Shown here one piece after another: positions 50,192-61,300 of a stretch of 64,000 nt of DNA (the first letter of the stretch is position 1; the number at the start of each line of letters is the position of its first letter). Under the pieces are notes generated by a model. The model made no database searches. It was not told where the DNA came from and was given only the letters and a program-made list of their open reading frames with translations. The DNA lies in NCBI RefSeq assembly GCF_000002075.1, contig NW_004797661.1, positions 89,934 to 153,933 of the forward strand, read 5' to 3'. Made by a program: the position numbers and the translations under genes. This DNA comes from Aplysia californica. Taxonomy: Eukaryota.

Positions 50192-53100
50192 ATGATGTGG
50201 AGTGCAGCGCTGTCATGCATGACTATTATCTGGATTCTCGTTGGATCCTTGGCCTGCCAGCGAAATTGTGGATCGCAAAAAGAAGATAATGACCGCTTCA
50301 TCTTGGATAGTGTTGTCTACAAGAATGAAGTCTCAACATCATCTCTTTCCGTACGTAGCCTTTTCTTTCTTTTAAATGAATTAATGTCTAACCCTCTAAG
50401 ACTAGGCTAATTTTTAAGAGTGGCCATGGGTTGTCCTATAAATGTTATCAATTAAGAATAGAATAAATACATGAACCTCNNNNNNNNNNNNNNNNNNNNN
50501 NNNNNNNNNNNNNNNNNNNNNNNNNNNNNNNNNNNNNNNNNNNNNNNNNNNNNNNNNNNNNNNNNNNNNNNNNNNNNNNNNNNNNNNNNNNNNNNNNNNN
50601 NNNNNNNNNNNNNNNNNNNNNNNNNNNNNNNNNNNNNNNNNNNNTACTTTATTTAATGATAACGAATTTCACAGTGCAGGCCATAATATAAGTCCTATGC
50701 TTTTAAAAGAGTCCATCAATTTAGGCTAGAAAAGACAAATTCGAGACTTGAAATATAAATCTTTTTGCTTTGTGTGTGTTTTATTAGGTTATAAATATAT
50801 ATGTGTGTATGTGAATAGCTAAAATAGCACAATCTTGAAGACACATCACATCACGATACTACTATAGACATAGATCTAGACAGTTATTTCATGCACCACT
50901 TTGTTTTGTACATGGGATGAAGGGCTAAAACAGCACCTGGACATGGATGGCTGGTGCCTCTATAAATAAATCATTGATGGTCAGGACATGGGATGAAGAA
51001 TTAAAGATGTCATAATTAAATTGGCATGTTTTAAAATTAATGTAAAGCAAACATTTGCTTTTGTTTCAAATTTTCAAAATCGCATCGCATATGAACCTGA
51101 CAGTTGTGTTAAGGTTACTCGAATGTTGTACGTATAGCCTATAGCAGTTAAATTATGATTAGGCTAATCAAATTGTATTTAAATTGGCTATCTTGGTCCT
51201 TATGTTGAATTTGAATGTTCTGTTTCAGGCTGGTAAAGTCTGGTTGTTTGCTGTGGATGGTCGTAGAAAACCGTACAATTTTCTGTAAGTGTGTTTTTTT
51301 CCTTTTATGCAGATTATCATAAAATTATAAAACTTTGTTTCGAGATCAGTATAATAAATATGGCCTATTGATTGAGTAAAGGCGGATATATCGCTAGAGC
51401 TGTACTCTAAAGACACCCAAATATGCCGTGAAGTAACTGGTGTTGAATTTAGCTGCGGATTTTGGATATGATGTGGTGGATATATTATGGAATCGATGGG
51501 GTTATTTTTTAAATTTGTGTGGGAGGTTAAAAAGGAAAGGCTGGTGGAGATTTGGGAGGAGTATTATTATTATTATATCAGTGAGTCAGTGTCTGAAAAC
51601 AACAAAAAATCTTTTTATTAATTGATATTTGAAAGTTTTTTTGTTTTTGTTTTTCTTTCTGTGGAGATCACTATCTATGTATAATGTTAGTGCTTTTGTA
51701 AATTAAAAACATGATTTTACTTATCCTTTTTTAAAACATTCTATTGACAGAGATGAAAATGGAAAGCTGGTTGGCTTTGATGTGGATTTCATATCCAAAG
51801 GTAAGTGTCAGCAATTATTCAGTCATTTGGAAAAAGCATGGGAAGTGCAGAAGTATACTTTTTGGCTACTTCAATTATTTGTTTGTAATGTAGGTTTGAC
51901 ATGTCATCTGTAGCGGTAGGCCTTTTGGAGCTGCCGGAAAAGGAGTATATATGTTCCTTTCGATTAATAATTTCTTTAGCTAGAGTTGACAAAATTGTCT
52001 ACCGTCAAACCTGTCCAAGACGGAATTGCAAGGAAGTGAGAAACAATTTCGATTTTAGATAATTTTCCATCTTGGATAGGGGAGTTTAGGAGGGCCAACT
52101 GTACATGGTGGGATAAAATGTCATCTTTCAAGTCGGCAAGCAGTGGTTAAAAAAAAACTTCACACCCCCCAAATGCTGTCCTAGCCACTGTGATAGTAAA
52201 GGCATAGGCCTACATCAGTCTTACTAATCCATTGCCACTCGTGCTTGCATCTCATAGGGACCACTGCTTGACCTTTAAAAAAACAAGAAACCATTGGACG
52301 TCTCTTTTGTTTCCACTCTTAGCACGACCCATGGGTGTATAACGGAAACAACCAATGCCACCCTTCCTCTGCAAAAAACAACAATTCAGGAACTTTTTTT
52401 GTTGCTGGCCATACCATCGGGGTGGGAGGCAGTGGTCAAATTTCACATCTCTGGCTACCCAGAGAATTTTGTGTGGTATGCCATTTTGAAGAAAAGCAGC
52501 AGTGAAATTTCCCAGCCACATGATCGTGGCTATCTTCACAGCTCAGGTTCACATGGGTGGGGTAACAGCTACCCCCAAACTGCTTTCCTTTCCTCGTCCT
52601 TGGCCTGACAACTTGTGAGTCTTATTTCAAAAAGATCTGAGGATTGAGCGGGCAAAACATTTTCTATCTTTGACAGGAGAAAACCCTCCAAAGGGAAGGA
52701 ATTTCTGTGTCTGTTTCTGGGGTGAAAGTTTCTATCTTAGACAGATGTATTTTAAAGGAATTTATCGAGGGTGGGCGGGGTTCAGTCAAGACAGGTTCCT
52801 ATCTTGGAAAGAGATTTCCGTTTATGGTACTGTACTTTTTTCATTAAATTTTTTCCTCGATAGATATAAAAGAGATCTTGTCAGCTTTTATGTCACCCTT
52901 TTCATTCTATTATAACAATGCTTTGAAATGTTTAAATTTTGCTTTGGAATTCTTTGTCATTTATTATGCTCCTTGTGGTTGATACTTTCATAATGTTCAT
53001 CATTTTAAATGTTTTCATGTTTCAGTATGTTCTGTTGTACAAAAGAAGTGCAAAATTGTACTTGCTGAATTCACTGAATGCACCATCACTGAAAGAAATA

Positions 53101-56100
53101 TCAACTATGCTGGAAGAGGTGAGCAGTTACTTGTTCTACAAATTTTGAGTGCTTTAAATGTCAGTGGTGAGCATGTAACTTCATTGAAAAAATAAATGCT
53201 CTCACTGCAATATGGGGCGGAAGGGGGTGGGGAGGGGGTGGGGGTGGACTGTCTTTCAAAGAGACATGTACGTAGAGATATGTTGTATTTTTTTCCAAAG
53301 AATGTCAGCTTGTTTCGTTTGTTTTGTAAAGAAACTCTCATTGAGTTTAAACTGTAGTGACCTCTTTAGGCTTAATGATGCAATTAATTTTTTTGTTAAT
53401 GAGCACATTTCATCGATTTTACTGCAGATGTTGTTGAGAACTTCTGTTAGATTTACCTAATCAGGAGCCTCCATGTGGCAGACAAAAACAAAAAAAAAGA
53501 GGGAGAAGAAGTTATTAGTGTTGTGTCGATGAAATGAATATAATCATAATAATTTTGCATGTGACATAATTTCTATTGTATATTATTGTGTATAATGGTG
53601 TAGCAATAACCAACATTGTATCATTAAAATAAAATGCTTTTCTCTGTTCACTTATTCATAAAGAGCAGCAGATTAAGTAAAGACAAGGGTAAAGGTAAAG
53701 TTGTTCCCGCATCCGATCTGGACATTGGAGATAGCCTTGTTAGTGAGCGAGACAACTTCCTGGACCTTTGGCATAATATTGTGGTAGGGTGGAAAGACAT
53801 GGGTATTGCTGTGAAATAAAGAATTCTATGTCTTTGGTACATCAAATCAAAGGCACATAATATGCTGAAATGACTTTGGACATGAACAGAAAGCTGAGAT
53901 GTTTTTGGTTTCTTTCCAGGCCTCATGTCAGGATGGTTTGATGGATGTCCAGGTTATGTTCTATCCTTGGACAGGCAAGGAGCTTTTGATTTTACTGAGC
54001 CTTATCTTGCAACTGATGCTTCTTTCACTGTGTCTCCTGGCAACCCCTCTGGCTTTGACCCAGACTTGGATGATTACTCTAAATTCACCTTGAGTGAGTA
54101 ATTTTGATTGTGTTCACGTTTCCGTTTTACACAGGTTTCTGTTAAGGTAGGTTCGACTGTATATAGCGAATGCGGTGGGAAGTGGAAATCTTTTCGTTAT
54201 GTACGATTTTTTCTTTAAATATTTATTTTAATTAAATACAAAGATTGTAAGTCAAAACTGTCTCAGACAGCCATCTATTGTGGAAGAAAAAAAGTGTGTT
54301 TTTTAGAAATTACTATGCAAACAACACGCAAGGGAGGAAATGGGACGTGGCCGTTTGTACAGGTGGGTGTTAGAGCTGGGTCGGCTGTGCTGGTATAAGC
54401 AAAGATTCCAAATCTGAAAATTGGTTCGATATGTAGGTATTTGCTATGTGTGTGTGCTAGAGTGCATATCTTTTAATTTTAAGATTGTACCTTTTTAAAA
54501 ATTTAGCTACAGTGAAATTTGTTCAGGAAGTACTGTCACATTAATAATGCTGTGGCACCCATATGATGGGCACCTCTGTTCTTTTAATTTTTCAAGTGGG
54601 TAGTATCTGTATTCTCGTACCTTAAATATGCTGCTGAAATCTTCCTTCCCATCATTGCCGGAGAGGTATAATGAAGTATCAGGGGGAAAAATTAATTTAT
54701 GACAGACATTTTTCTTGTGTTATAGGTGCTGAGTTTCAGAGTTAGAAAATTACATAACTGTTTTTATTGTTGATGACCCCTGCTTTTTCAAAGTTCAATT
54801 TCAGAGTAAAGGTGGGGGAAAAATTTCTAAGTCAGAGTAGTAGTTTCGTGTCACTGACTCTCTGATTTATGTTTGCAGCCCATTTGACAGGAGCTGTCAC
54901 AAATGCTCAGTGCCTGAATAGGTTGCACAAGAAGTTTGGGAAAATTATTGTGGCTGCAGACTTACCAGATGCCAAAGAGTTGTTACTGAACAGAACTGTA
55001 AGTTATTGCTATTGTAGCATTGTGTTATGTTTCAGTATTCATGGGGGTGAGTGGACGTTCAGTTCAGTGGAAATGAATTTACTTTGTGCTTTTTTTAATC
55101 AGAGATTTTGATGGGCTGGTGATGCGGTGTGCTTTTTCTTATCAGTGGTTTCGGTTGGCTGGTGATGCGGATACCAATACTTATAATTTGTAAGTGTTAT
55201 GTTATTTACATTCCAAGGAGGAACTAAGAAAAAATTGTTTCTTTGTCTTATTTAGTCGTGAAGAGAGAACAACATAAGAAGGAAATCTAGGGGGAGAGAA
55301 AAAAAAGGATGCTTTATATATACTTTACAGATCTTTTTCGCTCCACATAATGATAACCAAATTTTATTTTTGTCAAATTTTTCTTCAGGCTGATGTGTTA
55401 TTCTCTGCCCGAAGATCAATTTCAGGCCTTGAAGTTTTGCCCCAGCGTGTGCACTGTGAAATGGGTGGCACCGGAGTGATGCTGAAAAAAGGCAGCGAGC
55501 TGGCTCAGTGGTGGAATCCTGCCTTTCAGACGTTGGTCTTGTCTGGCGGGTACGCTCAGTTCTGTGCTGAAAGTGAAACCAAATACAATGGTTAGTATTG
55601 ACACCAGTAGAGACAAAGAGATGTTTTCTTCCTTTAAAAAAAAAGAAATTATGAATCTTAATCATGTCATTGTCAACATCTGTTAAACATATGCATCATA
55701 AATTTAATATTGAGAAGTTTTTTAACATCCTGATCTTAACAAAGACGTGAGGATGGTCACAAAGCTCCACTACAATACTTTTCTTCTTTCTTATTCACAT
55801 ATTGTTACTGCCAGTTAGTTGTCTAGCCCTCCTTCAGAATGCCTCACTCTCTGACTAACTTAATGTCAATATACTTTTTATTAAACTTCCTTTCTGCTAC
55901 CACATTACAATTGTCTTTGAGCTGTAGTTTGAAGGCAATCATTTGACATAGATAGGGTATCCATTGTCCCTTAATTCTGACCTGTCTCTTTTCATTCACA
56001 GCGACATTCAGATGTCTGTCAGGCCTAAAGGCTGGCCATATAATATCTGGAAAGCCACTGACCCCAGCAACACAGACCATGTCTCAGGTGATTTGTCTGT

Positions 56101-58353
56101 TGTATTTTATTTGTTTGGTGTGTGGCTTTCTATTATAAGCTTTGATGAAATGTAAAAGACAAAGTTATCAATGTGAAAATCCATCTGTTATAGGAGTTTT
56201 CGAAAAGATGTAATTACAGCTTGGAACACTTTAGGGTAAGATTCAAGCATCAAGTAATTTCTCGACACAAAAGTTGGTTCCCAACCCAGTTTTTTTTTCT
56301 CCTGTATTTCCTCATTCAAAATTTGAATTCTGGAAGTTTTGAAAAAAATTTGAATTCCTGCCCTGATTCAGGTTCCACAAGTATTTTGTTTGATTCTGTT
56401 ATAAAAGTAATTCTCTTTTGTTCAGGACGCTGCTGATCAGAGAGTGTGGCTTTTCGCTCTTAGTGGCAGGAGGAAACCCTTTGCATTCCAGTAAGTATTC
56501 AACTATAATAGGCCTATGTATTGTTTTTCTTCTTTCTATAGATCTGTTTATATTGTCTTTTTCCTGGTGATGTCATTTGCAAACATATGGAACTCTCCTC
56601 CTTTTTTTTGTGTATTTTACTATCTAGTAACACCTCTAATTGTCAGCCTTTACATGACCTAATTGCTATATGACCTTATTGTGTTGCTAGTGCCATAAAA
56701 CTTATACTAAAATGTGTTGAAATATGTATTTGTATTTATGTATTTATATGTGTCTATAAAAAGCTTATAATTTGTGTACATATTATGTTTATACTCATAT
56801 TTGTTACACACATTTTTTAAATGAAAGATAGAAGCATCTTTAGTACAGTGAACAATACAGTCACATATGTTCTTTCCATATGTGAGGCATCATGGTGAAG
56901 TCAGGCGCTTTTCAAAATATAGACATTTTTTTCGAATTTTTGTTTTTTTGTTTTTTTTTAGGCTCAGCACCTTGTATGTCCATTCAAAAACACTTTTATA
57001 TGTGGATTTTATGGAAAAGCGTTGAATATAGGCACAACAAATTTAAATTTGCAGTTTCCAAGGACTCTTAAGCTATGGAAGTCACCAAACTTTGGCGGCC
57101 ATTTTTTCACTAATTTTATCTCTGAAACCAGGCGACCCCACCTCCTTCAATTGCATATGTCTGAACTTCTATTCAAGATAAATATATATTTTCTTCATCG
57201 AAAGTTAGGCAAATGAACAACCTTTAAGATGATACCATTAACTCCATATGCCCAAAAATTGATGAGTGCCTGATTCCTCTTCGTTGAGAGACATATATGT
57301 GAATCTTCAATACCATGATACTTTTTATATGTGGGGGTTAGATGCAAAATACGCTAAGCAATATTTTTGGAAAAATCGATACTTTTTGCTTATAAATGCA
57401 CATTGTTACTGGTTATCAGATGCACAAAGTGTTTTCAGCCAATACCCAACACATACTTCATAAACGCTATTAAAAAAATCTTTTTACGCATGTTTGTGCA
57501 TATAGCATGCAAGCAGCATTAGAAAAAGCAGATTTTCTCAAAAGGGCTGAAATGGATGTAGCTGGTTTTGCATAGTTTGGCTTTGTGTTGTAATTTAAGA
57601 CAAAGGACTTTATTCTCTCAATGTTATCTGTGAGTTGTGACTAAAAAGCTCTTATTTTTGAAACTATGTTATTGTGTTGCTAGTTGCTAATGGCGTCCCA
57701 AAACTCACTCAATTTGAATTGTGCTCGTAATTTTTGTACTTTCTATTTCAGGGATGAGGAAGGGAGGTTGAGTGGCTTCAATATTGATTTTGTGCGTGCA
57801 GGTGAGGTAACAATAATTATTTAAATTGATGCTACCTTATGGTAATATATTTGATTTGGTATGCTGTGTTTCATGCCACCTCTTTTTTTTTTTTTTTGAT
57901 TTTTGCATTCTTTTGATTTTCCTTTAACATGGCATGAAACCGGTGAGTTAAAAAACATATATACAGTTGAGTTAAAATGGTTATTTTTATAATGATTATG
58001 ATTTTGTGAAGTGGGTGGTGGAAGGGTGTTTCTTGTAGTTTTTATTTCTTGTGTGGTATGTCATCTACTTTTTCGAAGCTTTGAAGTCTCAATCCTTGCA
58101 GCAGTGTGTTTTTCCTTTACACAAATGAGCATCTATTGGATTTATAGCTGTAAAGCATTATATTTTCTATTGCGAACACTGATAAAAACAAAGTTTCTCT
58201 TTGCCTTTTACTCTCAGTGTGTGCTGAAGCGAAGCAAGTGTGTGACTTTGTCTTGTCACAGTTTACAGAATGTTCCTTCACCCAACGCAACATCAACTAT
58301 GCTGGAAGAGGTAAGTCCTTGTTGTCATCGTCATCATTATTGCCATTTTTGTC

Positions 58354-58391
<38 letters not shown>

Positions 58392-61300
58392 TGATGATCA
58401 TCATTATCCTAATTGTCGTTGTCATCATTTTTTTTGTATGTTAGCTTACGTTGGCAATCATTGTTCTCAATTTTACTCTGTGTGTGTGTGTGTGTGTGGT
58501 CTGGCACAGAAGGTTCATTTCCTTTTCATCCCCTTTTCATTCTGGTTTCATTCTTTGTTTTTCTTTCTTTCAATACTTGGTTTGTTAGGTATTTGTTTTT
58601 GGGTTGTTTTTTTTACATCTGTTTTATGTACATTTAGAGTTTTTGTAAAGGGAGGTGGAGAATTTAGGGGACTAGTATTATGCACATCTTAGATTGGGTT
58701 TGATACATACACTTTTAACATAATTTGCTTAAATGGCGATACAGTCTTCTTGGGATGAAGCAATGTGTTCCTTAAATTCTTGTTAAGAAAAGTGAATGGA
58801 TTGTGAGGAAACTGAGGGTGGGGTGGGAGGATGAGATCACTGATGATATTAGTTGGAATTGTGCTGCTTTGCATTCTCAGGGATTCCATGACAATGAAGT
58901 TGGTCTGTTTAAAATCCAGTATAGCAGTGGTAGCCTATGTCTTCCTGCACACAAAAAATACATAGCTTGTGTTCAAATATTGTGTTTTGGTAGGTTTCTA
59001 GAAATGTCTAATGTATAGTTAAAGGGTTACTGTATATTTTTGGAGAAATGTATGGTTTCAGTAAATACAGTAAAGCCTACTTAAACTGTACAAGGTTCAT
59101 CCAAAAACAGCAGTAAACAGAAAGAAATGAAAATTCCTCATTTTTTTGTTATTGTTTATTTGAGAAGCCTCTCTTTAATTAAAAACCTGGTTTAACTAAA
59201 GAAAACCCTGCTGTCTGGCAGATTTAGGTTAAAGTGGATTCTACTGTTCTTTGTGAAGTCTCCAGTATAACATGCCAACTCCTCCTTGAGTGTATTTTTG
59301 AGGGCTGTAAAATATACCTCTAGGGCTCATGGATGGCTGGTTCGATGCTTGCATGGGTTATGCGGACTCTGTGGACAGAGCGGCTGCCGTGGACTTCACA
59401 GATGCTTTCCTAGAATCATCCTCCACCTTCACTGTAGTACCAGGAAATCCATCTGGCTTTGACCCAGATCAACAGGACTTCTCAAATTTTACCTTCAGTG
59501 AGTTCAAATTTGAGATAATGTTGGGACTGATGGCTTTTGCTTATCAACTCATGTCGTTTTTTTTGGACAAATCAATGACCTGGAATAGGCCTACATTTTG
59601 ATTCTGATGCCTGAACTTAATTGACAAGGGCAAAGCTCAAAACTCAAAATTTAGTGTCAGTTGAAAAAACTCTTAGTTTTCAGTTCCTAAGTGTGATCAT
59701 TTTGAATATGCGTATACTTGAGATGAGATATAATTTTGGCAAAGTCAAGTTGAGATTCTGAAACATGTTATTATTGAACCCAGAAGGAATTCTCTCTGTA
59801 TGTTTTAGTGAAAGCATTATACAGGCTATAACAGTCAAGTTTGTATATAAATCTTCCTCAACTTTTTTCCTTGAATCTGCACATTTTTTTCTCTGAAGCC
59901 GTGGTGTTGAAAGGACAAAGCCTTAGTGTAGATTGATAACTTTTCTTGAATCAGTATTGCATTGTTGCTCATTTTCTCTGCCAGCTCATCTGACTGGAGC
60001 GTACACCAATGCCCAGTGCTTGAACAGACTGAAGAAAAAGTTTGGAAAGATTGTTATTGCTGCAAACCTTCCAGAGGCTAAAGAACTGCTCTTTGACAGG
60101 AAGGTAAAGAAATTGTGTAATGGTATATAATGCTATTGGTGCGTATATGTGTAAATTAGTTTTAGTAAGAGTTTTACGGCACTTGCAACACAATAAGGTC
60201 ATATAAGTGCCGTATGTGTAAATGAAAGTGCATGAACTAGGTGATTTTAATTCTGATAGCATCTGTTGGAAAACGGAAACAAACTTTGGAGATTGAATTT
60301 TGGAAGAGATGATAATGAATGATCAAAATTATTTGTCAATAATATCTTGTAAATGTATTTATTTTCATTTTTAATCAAAACTATTGTAGTAGATAATCCA
60401 GATACCCAATGGTTGTTGGGTAGCAGATTCAGAAGTGGTGGGACAGTGGGGGAAAAAAATTAACATTTTTTGCCTCATGTTTCAGGCAGACGTGCTGTTC
60501 TCCCCACGGGGCAAAATCCCCGACTTGGAGGTGTTACCCCAGAGAGTGCACTGTGAGCGCACGGGCTCGGCCATCATGACCAAGAGAGGGAGCCCCCTAG
60601 TGGACTGGTGGAATGCAGCGTTTCGCTCTCTTGTACGGAAAGGGCTGTACCAGAAAGTGTGTGAGGAGGGCAGAGTGAAATACAACTGTGAGTTGAACAT
60701 TTATGTTTTTTGCAGATTTGTTCAGTAGATAAGATAAGATAATATACATCTTTATTGTCCAGATCCTGGCACATNNNNNNNNNNNNNNNNNNNNNNNNNN
60801 NNNNNNNNNNNNNNNNNNNNNNNNNNNNNNNNNNNNNNNNNNNNNNNNNNNNNNNNNNNNNNNNNNNNNNNNNNNNNNNNNNNNNNNNNNNNNNNNNNNN
60901 NNNNNNNNNNNNNNNNNNNNNNNNNNNNNNCACACTCGTAGGCTTACAAGCACATGCATAATATAAATGAGCAGCAATATAAACAATAATAATCGTGAGC
61001 TAGATACACACTCAATGTTATTTTGATGCTTGCTCTAAGGTTCTAAGTATACTTATACAAGATGGTTAAGATGAAAGTATTTTGATAGATGTAGCTATTG
61101 CAGTTGTACAGTGTTAGAAAAGAATAATGATTTATATTTAGACAGTCGAAATTGTCTAAGGTGACTACCCATTGTTGAAGAGAAAATTGTCCGTCTTAGG
61201 GGAATGTCTTATATAGTGTCATTATATTGTACAGGAATGCTGGAGGTGAAATGGGAAGTGACTTTTTATACAGGTGATTGTCTTATACAGGTGGCCGTTA

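Noticed and set aside
50240-50260. GSLA|C at the end of the signal peptide as a vestigial bacterial lipobox
   Set aside because: Positions -3/-2 (S, L) do not fit [LVI][ASTVI][GAS]C; the Cys more simply pairs with the Cys four residues later (CQRNC).
55964-56155. ORF-track peptide MSVRPKGWPYNIWKATDP
   Set aside because: Wrong frame; phase from the upstream exon gives ATFRCLSGLKAG..., which is homologous to the last exon FPIRCF.
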